From Pseudomonadota bacterium (GTDB taxonomy: Bacteria; Pseudomonadota; Gammaproteobacteria; Burkholderiales; Burkholderiaceae_C): 64,000 nt of DNA. Where the stretch lies: NCBI GenBank assembly GCA_031119395.1, contig JAVHYA010000009.1, positions 27,098-91,097 of the forward strand, read 5' to 3'. Within the stretch, counting starts at the first letter, position 1. Each line of letters starts with the position of its first letter. A program made the translations under genes and the position numbers. Shown piece by piece: positions 11,239 through 21,570 of the stretch. A model generated the notes under the pieces. It saw only the letters and a list, made by a program, of their open reading frames with translations. It did not search any database and was not told the origin of the DNA.

Positions 11239-12597
11239 TCAGTCGGCGCTCGCCTGCACCACCGAGAAGGCGGCCGCCAGCTCGGTGCGCGTGGCCTTGG
11301 CCACCTTCTCGAAGGCGGGACGCGCCGCGGTCGAGATGGGCTGGCCGCCGTCCTGCTGGGCGATGGTCGTCGGGTCGTGGTACTCGCCGTTGATGCGGAA
11401 TTCGAAGTGCAGGTGGGGCCCGGTGGCCCAGCCCGTGGCGCCCACGGCGCCGATGGACTGGCCCTGGCTCACGGCCTGGCCTTCCTTGACGTCGATGCGC
11501 GACAGGTGGGCATAGGCCGTCTGCTGGCCGTTGCGGTGGCCGATGATGACGATGTTGCCGTAGCCGTTCTGCTGGCCCGCGAAATCGACCGTGCCGTCGC
11601 CCACCGTGCGCACCGGCGTGCCGGTGGGGGCCGCGAAGTCGACGCCGTTGTGCTGGCGCCAGCTGTTCAGGATGGGGTGCATGCGCATCGCGAAGCCGCT
11701 GGACACGCGCGTGAACTCGACCGGCGAGCTGAGGTAGGCCTTGCGCAGGCTGTCGCCGTTGGGGCGGTAGTAGCCGCCCTTCTGGCCGGGCTCCTGGTAC
11801 CACATGGCCTGCCAGGTCTTGCCGTTGTTCTCGAACTCGGCCGAGAGCACGCGGCCCGTGCGCATGGTCTGGCCGTCGGCCTCGAAGGTCTCGTAGACCA
11901 CGGCGAAGCGGTCGCCCTTGCGCAGCTGGCGGAAGTCCACGTCGCCCTGGAAGATGTCGGCCAGCTGGCTGGCGACGGCGTCGGGGATGCGGGCCTCGTC
12001 GGTGGCGGCGAAGAGCGAGCTGCGCACGATGCCGCTGGCCAGGCGCGTGGCCGGGGCCAGCGTGTCGGGTTCGGCACGGGCGACGAAGCCGGCCGGCAGG
12101 CGTTCGACCACGAAGCGCTTGAAGCCGCCCTCGCCGTCGGGAATCCAGCGTGCCGTGAGCTTGCGCAGGCTGTTGTCCTGCCCGACCTCGGCGTTGATCG
12201 TGCGGCCGACGCGGTTGAAGAAGGCGGCGCGGGCCTCGGCATTGCCGCGCACGAAGGCGGCGGCGGCCGGGTCGCTCACGCCCAGGCGCTTGAGCAGCGC
12301 CTCGGCCGTGTCGCTGGAGCGGCTCTGCTCGCTGCGGAACAGCGTGAAGCTGAGCGCATCCAGCACTTCGCTCTGGCTCGCGACGGGCAGCGGGGCCACG
12401 GTCTCGAGCACCTGGTGGATGGGCAGGTCGGATGCGTCCGGACCCAGCGAGGCGACCGCGAAGGCGCCACCACCGGCGCACAGCAGCATCGCGGCGATGG
12501 CGGCTGTCAGATGGCGCGGATAGGTCTTGACGGTGGTGGCGATGCGAGAAGCGACAAGCTCCTCGGCGGCCAGGATGCCGTTGATCAGTTTGGACAA
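11239..12597 (-). CDS. M23-family peptidoglycan endopeptidase (MepM-like)
   Basis: HNGVDFAA (HxxxD), TAYAHL, TGPHLHFE (HxH); usual position beside tyrS and anmK. Confidence 0.93.
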   Translation of the reverse strand: MSKLINGILAAEELVASRIATTVKTYPRHLTAAIAAMLLCAGGGAFAVASLGPDASDLPIHQVLETVAPLPVASQSEVLDALSFTLFRSEQSRSSDTAEALLKRLGVSDPAAAAFVRGNAEARAAFFNRVGRTINAEVGQDNSLRKLTARWIPDGEGGFKRFVVERLPAGFVARAEPDTLAPATRLASGIVRSSLFAATDEARIPDAVASQLADIFQGDVDFRQLRKGDRFAVVYETFEADGQTMRTGRVLSAEFENNGKTWQAMWYQEPGQKGGYYRPNGDSLRKAYLSSPVEFTRVSSGFAMRMHPILNSWRQHNGVDFAAPTGTPVRTVGDGTVDFAGQQNGYGNIVIIGHRNGQQTAYAHLSRIDVKEGQAVSQGQSIGAVGATGWATGPHLHFEFRINGEYHDPTTIAQQDGGQPISTAARPAFEKVAKATRTELAAAFSVVQASAD

Positions 12598-12759
12598 CTC
12601 AGAAAATCCAGCTCGGGTTCGGCGACCGCCTGTGCCAGCAAGTTGCGGGCCAACGAAGGTCTTCAGGCGGGGCGAAAAAGGAGCGGCGCTTAGAATGCAG
12701 CGCTCAAGAAACCGGCTGGAGTATAGCTTTCGGCCGTTGCTTTCCCCCCAAAAAATCCA

Positions 12760-13992
12760 ATGAATCCCGAGTTTGTTACTGGTCAGCCGCCGTCCGATGG
12801 TGTAGGACGGGCGCTAGAAATCTCCCTGCGCGGCGCCGACGAGCTGCTGCCGCAGGACGAGTGGGTCAAGAAGCTGCAGCGCGCCGAAGCGACCGGCCAA
12901 CCCCTTCGCATCAAGCTCGGCCTGGACCCGACGGCACCGGACATCCACTTCGGCCACACCGTGGTGCTCAACAAGATGCGCCAGCTCCAGGACTTGGGGC
13001 ACACGGTGATCTTCCTGATCGGCGACTTCACCAGCCTGATCGGCGATCCGTCGGGCCGCAACAGCACGCGCCCGCCGCTCACGGCCGAGCAGATCCGGTC
13101 CAACGCCGAGACCTACTTCGCCCAGGCCAAGCTGGTGCTGGACGAATCGAAGACCGAGATCCGCTACAACTCCGAGTGGAGCGACCCGCTGGGCGCGCGC
13201 GGCATGATCCAGCTGGCGGCCAAGTACACGGTGGCCCGCATGATGGAGCGCGACGACTTCAACAAGCGCTTCAAGGCCGGCCAATCGATCTCGGTCCACG
13301 AATTCCTCTACCCCCTGATGCAGGGCTACGACTCGGTGGCGCTCAAGAGCGACCTCGAGCTGGGCGGCACCGACCAGAAGTTCAACCTGCTGGTGGGCCG
13401 GCACCTGCAGCAGGAGTACGGCCAGGAGCCCCAGTGCATCCTGACCATGCCGCTGCTGGAGGGGCTCGACGGCGTCGAGAAGATGTCCAAGAGCAAGAAC
13501 AACTACATCGGCATCAGCGAGGACGCGAACACCATGTTCGCCAAGACGCTGTCGATCTCCGACGAGCTGATGTGGAAGTGGTACACGCTGCTGTCCTTCC
13601 GCTCGCTGGAAGAGATCGCCGCGCTCAAGGCCGAGGTGGCGGCCGGGCGCAATCCCAAGGACGCCAAGGTGCTGCTGGCCAAGGAACTGACGGCGCGCTT
13701 CCACAGCGCGCAGGCGGCCGAGGCGGCCGAGCAGGACTTCATCCACCGCAGCAGGGGCGGCGTGCCGGACGAGATCCCCGAGGTGACGCTCTCGGGCGCG
13801 CCGCTGGGCATCGCGCAGCTGCTCAAGCAGGCCAACCTCGCCCCGTCGACGTCGGAAGGCAACCGCCTCATCGACGGCGGCGGCGTGCGCGTCGACTCGG
13901 CCGTGGTCAGCGACAAGGGCCTCAAGCTGGGCGCCGGCAGCTACGTGCTGCAGGTGGGCAAGCGCCGATTCGCGCGCGTGCACCTCGCCTGA
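12760..13992 (+). CDS. tyrS: Tyrosine--tRNA ligase
   Basis: [13 protein letters not shown] (HIGH), [21 protein letters not shown]; C-terminal S4 domain. Confidence 0.98.
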   Translation: MNPEFVTGQPPSDGVGRALEISLRGADELLPQDEWVKKLQRAEATGQPLRIKLGLDPTAPDIHFGHTVVLNKMRQLQDLGHTVIFLIGDFTSLIGDPSGRNSTRPPLTAEQIRSNAETYFAQAKLVLDESKTEIRYNSEWSDPLGARGMIQLAAKYTVARMMERDDFNKRFKAGQSISVHEFLYPLMQGYDSVALKSDLELGGTDQKFNLLVGRHLQQEYGQEPQCILTMPLLEGLDGVEKMSKSKNNYIGISEDANTMFAKTLSISDELMWKWYTLLSFRSLEEIAALKAEVAAGRNPKDAKVLLAKELTARFHSAQAAEAAEQDFIHRSRGGVPDEIPEVTLSGAPLGIAQLLKQANLAPSTSEGNRLIDGGGVRVDSAVVSDKGLKLGAGSYVLQVGKRRFARVHLA

Positions 13993-14013
13993 TTCCCGCC
14001 GAGCTGCGCGATT

Positions 14014-14078
14014 TGCTCATCTTTTGATAGCTGGTCGCGCAGGCAGGGCGCGCTCTGACGCCCGATTTCGTTCAGAAA
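14014..14078 (+). repeat. REP-like family A copy after tyrS
   Basis: TGCTCATCTTTTGATAGCTGGTCGCGCAGGCAGGGCGCGCTCTGACGCCCGATTTCGTTCAGAAA. Confidence 0.8.
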
Positions 14079-14096
14079 ACCTGCGGCGATGACAGG

Positions 14097-14117
14097 AAAG
14101 GGGCCCTCGGGCCCCTT
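14097..14117 (-). terminator. Hairpin terminator between convergent tyrS and OmpA-family genes
   Basis: AAAGGGGCCC-TC-GGGCCCCTT. Confidence 0.6.
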
Positions 14118-14148
14118 GCTCGTCATGCGGCGCGTGCCACGGGTGCGG

Positions 14149-14760
14149 TCAGCGCACCTCGATCGTCACGCGGCGGTTGCGCGGTTCGTCGACCTCGTCG
14201 GCCGTCGGCACGGCCAGGTCGCGCTCGCCGCGGCCCGCGGCCTCGATGCGCTGGCCCGGGAAGCCGCGCTGGATCAGGAGCTGGCGCAGTTCCTCGGCGC
14301 GGCGACGCGAGAGCTGGTCGTTCTGCGGACCGGTGCCGACCGTGTCGGTGTGGCCGGTGACGACGATGTCGGCGCCCGGCCGTGCCGCGGCGGCGGCCAG
14401 CATGTCCTGGACGGTCTGCTGCGAGGCTTCGGTCAGGACCGTGCCCCCGGCATCGAAGTACACCGTGTAGCGCTGCGGCCCCGGCGGCATCAGGTCGAAC
14501 AGGGTCGCGTTGTCCTTGCGGACCTGGGCCGGGTCGGCCGCATCGACCGCCGGCGCGCCGGCGGCGCCGACCGGGGCGGTGGCGCGCTGGAAGGGCTTGT
14601 CGAGCGTCTGCTCGCCGCCCTTGGCCCGCACCACCACGGCGGACGGACGGCCGTCGGCTTGCGGCAGCAGCACCACCCGCGTGGCGGGCGTCGAACAGGC
14701 GGCCAGCAGCGCGGCGAGGGCGCAGCCCGCGGCGAGGGCGATTCGGCGGCGCATCGTCAT
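14149..14760 (-). CDS. OmpA-family lipoprotein
   Basis: Lipobox LAAC; [34 protein letters not shown] (OmpA C-terminal domain). Confidence 0.9.
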   Translation of the reverse strand: MTMRRRIALAAGCALAALLAACSTPATRVVLLPQADGRPSAVVVRAKGGEQTLDKPFQRATAPVGAAGAPAVDAADPAQVRKDNATLFDLMPPGPQRYTVYFDAGGTVLTEASQQTVQDMLAAAAARPGADIVVTGHTDTVGTGPQNDQLSRRRAEELRQLLIQRGFPGQRIEAAGRGERDLAVPTADEVDEPRNRRVTIEVR

Positions 14761-15296
14761 CACGGCTGGGCGTCGGCCGTGACGATGAAGTCCGTGCCGC
14801 GGATGCCGATGGTGGCGGTCTGCGTGTCCACGCGCACCGCGTCCGGGTTGGTCTTGCCGATCAGGCCGCTGACCATGCGCAGCGATCCGCGCAGCAGGGA
14901 GACGAGCAGCCCGCCGTCCTGCGTGGTCGAGTCGAAATGGAACTGCTTGAGGTCCACCCGCGAATCGGGGCCCAGGACCAGCGCCGTGCCGTCGCGCAGC
15001 ACCAGGCTGGCGGCGCTGGCCGGGCCCGTCGAGATGCGATCGATCGGCGAGACGCGATCGCCCGGCCTGGCCAGGCGGGCGTCGCCGCCGGCGCTGAGCA
15101 CGTGGACCTCGCCCTTCACGGATTTGATGAAGCCGGCGTGCGCGTCGGCGCCCGGGGCGGCAGCAGGCGCAGGCGTGGCGACCGCGGGAGGCGCGGTCAC
15201 CGCGGCGGGCGCGGCGGGCGCGGTCTGCGCCCCGGCCGCAACGCTGGCCAGGAACATCGCGCAGACGGCGAGGCCGGGCATCAGGCGGAAGGACAT
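14760..15296 (-). CDS. Periplasmic FecR-domain protein
   Basis: Signal peptide; [49 protein letters not shown]. Confidence 0.85.
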   Translation of the reverse strand: MSFRLMPGLAVCAMFLASVAAGAQTAPAAPAAVTAPPAVATPAPAAAPGADAHAGFIKSVKGEVHVLSAGGDARLARPGDRVSPIDRISTGPASAASLVLRDGTALVLGPDSRVDLKQFHFDSTTQDGGLLVSLLRGSLRMVSGLIGKTNPDAVRVDTQTATIGIRGTDFIVTADAQP

Positions 15297-15438
15297 GCGG
15301 TGTCTCCAGGGAGCCGAGAGGGGCGCAATGGTACGCGAGGCGCTCCGGGGGCGTGGCGGCGGCCGGATAATCCGCCGCCCGCCCCTCGCCCCGCAATCCG
15401 CCGTGCCACCCGATCCTTCGCCCACCCCGCGCGCCTCC

Positions 15439-16374
15439 ATGAGCCCGAAGGCGCTGCTGCGCCTGTCGGTGGTCGTGGCCCTCGTCACCATCCTGCTCAA
15501 GGGCTGGGCCGGCTACATCACGCATTCGATGGGCCTGATCTCCGACGCGATGGAATCCTTCGTCAACCTGGCGAGCGCGGTGTTCGCGCTCGGCATGGTG
15601 ACCATCGCCACGCGGCCGGCCGACGACGAGCATCCGTATGGCCACCACAAGGCCGAATACTTCTCGTCGGGCTTCGAGGGCATCCTGATCGTCGGTGCCG
15701 CGGTGGCGATCGGCTGGGCCGCCGTCGACCGGCTGATCCACCCGCAGCCGCTGGAGCAACTGGGTTGGGGCCTGGCGCTGTCGATCCTCAGTTCCGCCTT
15801 CAACGCGGGCCTGGCCTTCCTGCTGTTCCGCGCGGCCAGGGAGCACCGCTCGATCGCGCTGGAGGCCGACGGCCGTCACCTGATGGCCGACGTGTGGACC
15901 TCGGCCGCCGTGGTCGTCGGGCTGCTGGCGGTGCTGGCCACGGGGTGGCTGTGGCTGGACTCGGTGCTGGCGCTGGGCGTGGCCTTGAACATCGTGCGCG
16001 AGGGCGCGCACCTGGTCTGGCGCTCGAGCCAGGGCCTGATGGACCAGGCGCTGGAGCCCGAGGCGCAGGAGGCGCTGCATGCGGCGCTCGCGCGCTTCGT
16101 CGCCCGGGTGCCCGAGGGGCCGCAGCTGCGCTTCGACGACATCGTCACGCGCCGCGCCGGGCAGCGCCGCTTCGCCGACCTGCACATGCACGTGCCGGGC
16201 GACTGGTCGCTGCAGCGCGCAGCCGCGCTGCGCGACGGCGTGGAGCAGGCGCTGATGGACGCCGTGCCCGGCCTGCGCGTGACCCTGCAGTTGCTGCCGC
16301 TCACCATGGAGGCGCGCGCGGTGCAGCTCGATGGCCATGCGCGGACCGACGCAGGCGGGCGGAGTCCGGCATGA
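15439..16374 (+). CDS. Cation diffusion facilitator family transporter
   Basis: [38 protein letters not shown]. Confidence 0.93.
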   Translation: MSPKALLRLSVVVALVTILLKGWAGYITHSMGLISDAMESFVNLASAVFALGMVTIATRPADDEHPYGHHKAEYFSSGFEGILIVGAAVAIGWAAVDRLIHPQPLEQLGWGLALSILSSAFNAGLAFLLFRAAREHRSIALEADGRHLMADVWTSAAVVVGLLAVLATGWLWLDSVLALGVALNIVREGAHLVWRSSQGLMDQALEPEAQEALHAALARFVARVPEGPQLRFDDIVTRRAGQRRFADLHMHVPGDWSLQRAAALRDGVEQALMDAVPGLRVTLQLLPLTMEARAVQLDGHARTDAGGRSPA

Positions 16375-16811
16375 GGGCCGTGCTGCAGCGCGTGAGCGAG
16401 GCGCGCGTGGAGGTCGGCGGCGAGGTGGTCGGGCGCATCGGCCACGGCCTGCTGGTGCTGGTGTGCGCCGAGCGGGGTGACACCGAGGCCGCCGGCGAGC
16501 GCCTGCTGGCCAAGATCCTGAAACTTCGGATCTTCAGCGACGAGGCCGGCAAGATGAACCGCAGCGTGCAGGACGTGGGCGGCGGCCTGCTGCTGGTGAG
16601 CCAGTTCACGCTCGCCGCCGACGTGAGCGGCGGCAACCGGCCCAGCTTCACCGGCGCGGCGCCGCCCGACGAGGGCCGCCGGCTCTACGAGCTGTTCGTC
16701 GCGCAGGCGCGCGCGGCGCATCCGGACGTGGCGACGGGCATCTTCGCGGCCGACATGAAGGTGCACCTGGTCAACGACGGGCCGGTCACCATTCCGCTAC
16801 AGATTTCATAG
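16371..16811 (+). CDS. dtd: D-aminoacyl-tRNA deacylase
   Basis: [35 protein letters not shown]. Confidence 0.96.
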   Translation: MRAVLQRVSEARVEVGGEVVGRIGHGLLVLVCAERGDTEAAGERLLAKILKLRIFSDEAGKMNRSVQDVGGGLLLVSQFTLAADVSGGNRPSFTGAAPPDEGRRLYELFVAQARAAHPDVATGIFAADMKVHLVNDGPVTIPLQIS

Positions 16812-16858
16812 CTGCTGGCGCAACTGGGCCGGGCGCTGCAGCCCGATTCGACGCTCAA
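16795..16858 (+). repeat. REP-like family A copy; supplies the dtd stop codon and marks the break in the methyltransferase remnant
   Basis: CGCTACAGATTTCATAGCTGCTGGCGCAACTGGGCCGGGCGCTGCAGCCCGATTCGACGCTCAA. Confidence 0.85.
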
Positions 16859-17075
16859 TCGTCGGCACGCGCTGCCGCGCTTCGTCCAGCCGGGTGGCGC
16901 AGAGCTCGAGGGCGACGACCGACAGCCCGGCGCCGACCAGCACGGCCGTGTCGCGGCCGGGGCCGCAGCCCAGCTCGAGCACCGGGGCGCCCGCGGCGTC
17001 GGCGACGCTCGCCTTCAGCGGCGGCAGCCAGCGTGGCAGCCAGTCGTCGGGGCCGTCGCCCGGGTCGTTCTCCAC
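16806..17075 (-). pseudogene. Truncated class I SAM-dependent methyltransferase
   Basis: GTG start; VLELGCGPGRDTAVL (motif I) and VVALEL; only about 89 aa, ending in antisense repeat sequence. Confidence 0.7.
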
Positions 17076-17079
17076 GGCT

Positions 17080-17619
17080 TCAGCGGCGGTAGGGGTTGCG
17101 CACACCCAGGCCCGCGAGGATCTCGATCTCGCGCGCTTCCATCGCCTCGGCGTCGGCTTCGCCCGTCTCGTGGTCCCAGCCCTGCGCGTGCAGCGTGCCG
17201 TGCACCAGCAGGTGGGCATAGTGGTCGGCCAGGGTGACGCGCAGGTCCCTGGCTTCGCGCGCGACCACGGGCGCGCACAGCACCAGGTCGGCCATGACCA
17301 TCGGCAAGCTCGGGGGCCCCCAGGGTCGGCCTGGGGCCGACCCGCCCCCCGGGGGGGGCGGCAAAACTTGGGGCGGCCCGGCGTTTTCCCGGGCATAGTC
17401 GAAGGTCAGCACGTTGGTGGCGTAGTCCTTGCCGCGGAATTCGCGGTTCAGGCGCTGGCCTTCCTCCGCGTCGACGATGCGCACCGTCAGCTCGCCGGGC
17501 AGTGCCAGCGCATGGCGGATGCAGCGCGCCACCCGGTGGCGCGGCAGCGCGGCGCGGTGCCGGGCGACGCCGTCGAAGCGGCCGAACTGCAGCGACAGGG
17601 ACAGGTCGGGCAAGGCCAC
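17080..17619 (-). CDS. ybeY: rRNA maturation endoribonuclease YbeY, carrying a Pro/Gly-rich insertion
   Basis: LNREFRGKDYATNVLTF, ADLVLC, HLLVHGTLHAQGWDH. Confidence 0.95.
   Translation of the reverse strand: MALPDLSLSLQFGRFDGVARHRAALPRHRVARCIRHALALPGELTVRIVDAEEGQRLNREFRGKDYATNVLTFDYARENAGPPQVLPPPPGGGSAPGRPWGPPSLPMVMADLVLCAPVVAREARDLRVTLADHYAHLLVHGTLHAQGWDHETGEADAEAMEAREIEILAGLGVRNPYRR
17308..17386 (-). repeat. GC-rich palindromic element (family C) within ybeY
   Basis: Minus strand GCCGGGCCGCCCCAAG...CCCCCCCGGGGGGC-GGGTCGGCCCCAGGCCGACCC-TGGGGGCCCCC contains nested hairpins; single copy in this window. Confidence 0.6.
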
Positions 17620-17703
17620 GGTCAGTGCACGTTCGAGGAAAAAAGGGCGCGAGCGCCCGTCCGGCCTGCGCAGACAGCGACGAATTGCATGGCAGTCACG
17701 GCC

Positions 17704-18642
<939 letters not shown>

Positions 18643-18806
18643 GGGGAGGTGGCGACGAGCGTTGGATTGCGCATGATAGGCAACCCTGGCCCCGCGCATC
18701 GGCGTGACGTCATGTGCGGCAACGCGGCGTCCCCACGCACGGAGGATGTAAGAAGATGCTTCATGGAGCACAATCGGCGCCGGTCAATGAAAAGCGGGGT
18801 GGAACC

Positions 18807-20861
18807 ATGCTGACATGCAGGGAGTGGATGGCGGCTGGCCTGGCCGCCGTGTTGACATTGACGGGGTGCGGCGGCGGCTCGGGCGGCGGCGGCTCGGCAC
18901 CGGCGGCTGCGCAGTCGGCGGCGTCGGCGGAGGCTGCTGCGTCCACCTCGCCGGTCCAACCCGCGCAGCCGCAATCGTCGGTTGCATCGGTGTCCGCGGG
19001 CACCGCGGCGGTCGCCAGGGCTGGAACCGAACCGACCCGGTTCATCGAGGGCGCCGTCAGCGACGGCGTCGAGAAAGCCGATGTCAGCCCCTTCGTGCAT
19101 CGCGAGGCCAAGGATGCGCCAACGGCCCGCCAGATCCGGCTTGGCGTGCTCTCGGGCAGCGACGTGCCGGTGGAAAAGGCGATGTCGGGCGGGTCGGTCC
19201 CGGTCCGCATCGGGCAGGGGCGCAGCCTGAGCGACACCGCCGACAACGCGCGCGTGGCAGCCCTGCTCGACTGGAAGCCGTCGCGGCGCGGCGGCCAGGT
19301 GGCGGCGCTGCGCTTGCAGTCCGAGGGCGCCCTCGGCGTGCGCGTGGGCCTGCGGGTCTACAGCCTGCCGCTGGGTGGGCTGGTGCGTTTCCACGCCGAT
19401 GGCGGCAGCCAGGCCTATCAGGTCGCCACGCAGGAAATCCAGTCCACGATCCAGCGCAACCTCGATGCCGGCGATACCGGCGAGGATGCGCACACCTGGT
19501 GGTCGCCCAACCTGGGCGGCGATGCGATCACGGTCGAGTTCGAGGTGCCGCCTGGCGTCCCGACGAGCACCGTCGAGGTGGCGATTCCGGCCTTGTCGCA
19601 CATCTACCAGGACGCCAAGGACGTCGCCAGCATCCAGAAGGCAGGTGGTTCCTGTTCGGTCGACGTCAATTGCACGGGCGAGGCCGGTGGCGCCACCTCG
19701 CAGTCGGTGGCCCGACTGGACTTCATGGTGGGGACCTCCACCTACCAGTGCACCGGCACGCTGCTGAACGACGACAAGGCTTCGGGCACCCCCTATCTGC
19801 TGACCGCCAACCACTGCATCTCCACCCAGACGTCGGCCAGCAGCCTCGCGACGTATTGGTTCTACCGCTCGGCGAACTGCAACAGCCCGACGGTCGCCGC
19901 TGCGGCGACGCGGACGAAAACGGGTGCGACGCTGCTGTACAACAGCAGCCAGACCGATACCAGTTTCCTGCGCCTCAACGGGCCGCCGCCCGCGGGCGTT
20001 CGCTATGCCGCTTCAGCGCCGGGCGGGTTGTCCGGCACGACATCGGTCTTCAGCATCCATCACCCCGGCGGCGGCTACCAGGAGTACAGCGAGGGCGCAT
20101 CCACCGGGCCGGCCGCCAGCTGCGGCTCGGCCTATGGACCAAGCACTTGCTCCCTCGCGACGCCCGGCAACTTTCTCAAGGTGAACTGGAACGTCGGCAC
20201 CACGCTGAGCGGCAGCAGTGGCGGCGGACTGTTCATGAAGGTCAACGGAGCCCCGTACCTGGTGGGTCAGCTCTATGGCGGCTACTCGTCCTGCACGGCA
20301 CCGGACGACAACGAATACTTCGGTCGGTTCGACGTGGCGTACAACATGGCGCTCTATCAATGGCTGGGCGGCACCCCGGCCGTCCCACCGACGACGCCGG
20401 CCACTCCAAGCGTTCCGCGTACACCGATCTATCGCCTGTACAACAACAAGACGCAGACCCATTTCTACACGGCGAGTGCCGCCGAGCGCGACCGAACCAT
20501 TTCGCAATACTCGCAGTTCACCTATGAGGGAATCGGCTTCTACGCCCAGGCGGGCGCGACGTCGGGCAACACGCCGGTCTACCGCTTCTACAACACCAAG
20601 ACCGGGGCCCACTTCTATACCGTCAGCACGACGGAGCGAAACAACGTGCTCGCGACCCTGCCGCAGTACACCTACGAGGGCGTAAGCTGGTATGTCTACA
20701 TGGCGCCGAACGATCAGGCGACGGCGATGTACAGGTTCTACAACACCGACACGCAGACCCATTTCTATACCATCAGCAGCACGGAATCCCAAAACGTCCA
20801 GGCGAAGTACCCGCAGTACAAATATGAAGGCGTGGGCTACTACGCCTGGATCGCTCCCTGA
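18807..20861 (+). CDS. Lipoprotein serine endopeptidase (lysyl-endopeptidase/trypsin-like) with three C-terminal repeats (DUF5648-like)
   Basis: Lipobox LTGC; triad motifs LTANHC / TDTSFLRL / GSSGGG; three YR(L/F)YNxxTxxHFYT...YEG repeats. Confidence 0.85.
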   Translation: MLTCREWMAAGLAAVLTLTGCGGGSGGGGSAPAAAQSAASAEAAASTSPVQPAQPQSSVASVSAGTAAVARAGTEPTRFIEGAVSDGVEKADVSPFVHREAKDAPTARQIRLGVLSGSDVPVEKAMSGGSVPVRIGQGRSLSDTADNARVAALLDWKPSRRGGQVAALRLQSEGALGVRVGLRVYSLPLGGLVRFHADGGSQAYQVATQEIQSTIQRNLDAGDTGEDAHTWWSPNLGGDAITVEFEVPPGVPTSTVEVAIPALSHIYQDAKDVASIQKAGGSCSVDVNCTGEAGGATSQSVARLDFMVGTSTYQCTGTLLNDDKASGTPYLLTANHCISTQTSASSLATYWFYRSANCNSPTVAAAATRTKTGATLLYNSSQTDTSFLRLNGPPPAGVRYAASAPGGLSGTTSVFSIHHPGGGYQEYSEGASTGPAASCGSAYGPSTCSLATPGNFLKVNWNVGTTLSGSSGGGLFMKVNGAPYLVGQLYGGYSSCTAPDDNEYFGRFDVAYNMALYQWLGGTPAVPPTTPATPSVPRTPIYRLYNNKTQTHFYTASAAERDRTISQYSQFTYEGIGFYAQAGATSGNTPVYRFYNTKTGAHFYTVSTTERNNVLATLPQYTYEGVSWYVYMAPNDQATAMYRFYNTDTQTHFYTISSTESQNVQAKYPQYKYEGVGYYAWIAP

Positions 20862-20864
20862 CCC

Positions 20865-21446
20865 ATGATCGGCAAACTCACTGGCACCCTCTCCGAACGC
20901 AACCCGCCCCAGGTCGTCATCGATTGCCACGGCGTGGGCTACGAGGTCGACGTGCCGATGAGCACCTTCTACAACCTGCCGCAGGCAGGCGAGAAGGTGT
21001 CGCTGCTCACGCACTTCGTGGTGCGCGAGGATGCGCAGATCCTGTACGGCTTCGGGACGGCCGACGAGCGGGCGGCGTTCCGCCAGCTCATCAAGATCGC
21101 CGGGGTGGGCCCGCGCACGGCGCTGGGGGTGCTCTCGGGCATGAGCGTCAACGAACTGGCGCAGGCGGTGTCGTTGCAGGAGGCGGGCCGGCTGGTCAAG
21201 ATTCCCGGCATCGGCAAGAAGACCGCCGAGCGCCTGCTGCTGGAGCTCAAGGGCAAGCTGGGTGACGCGCTGGGTGCAGGGGCGGGCGCCGCGCAACCGG
21301 CCAGTGACGCGCAGACCGACATCCTGCAGGCGCTGCTCGCGCTCGGTTACAGCGACAAGGAAGCGGCGGCCACGCTCAAGACGCTGCCCAAGGATGTGGG
21401 CGTGAGCGAGGGCATCAAGCTGGCCCTCAAGGCCCTGGCCAAATAG
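20865..21446 (+). CDS. ruvA: Holliday junction branch migration protein RuvA
   Basis: [37 protein letters not shown]. Confidence 0.98.
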   Translation: MIGKLTGTLSERNPPQVVIDCHGVGYEVDVPMSTFYNLPQAGEKVSLLTHFVVREDAQILYGFGTADERAAFRQLIKIAGVGPRTALGVLSGMSVNELAQAVSLQEAGRLVKIPGIGKKTAERLLLELKGKLGDALGAGAGAAQPASDAQTDILQALLALGYSDKEAAATLKTLPKDVGVSEGIKLALKALAK

Positions 21447-21475
21447 GGCGGCGGCGCCACCACGCTGTCTTGCCA

Positions 21476-21508
21476 AAGAAAAAGCCCGCGCGAGCGGGCT
21501 TTTTCCTT
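21476..21508. terminator. Bidirectional terminator between ruvA and opgH
   Basis: AAGAAAAAGCCCGC-GCGA-GCGGGCTTTTTCCTT. Confidence 0.85.
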
Positions 21509-21570
21509 GGGTGGCGGATCGGGCCGGAATGCCCGCCCCGCGGGCACCACCAGCTAACGATGCCGTCGCA

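Noticed and set aside
20400-20850. Three ~145-nt spaced repeats that could suggest a CRISPR array
   Set aside because: They are protein-coding domain repeats with synonymous divergence, and there are no cas genes.
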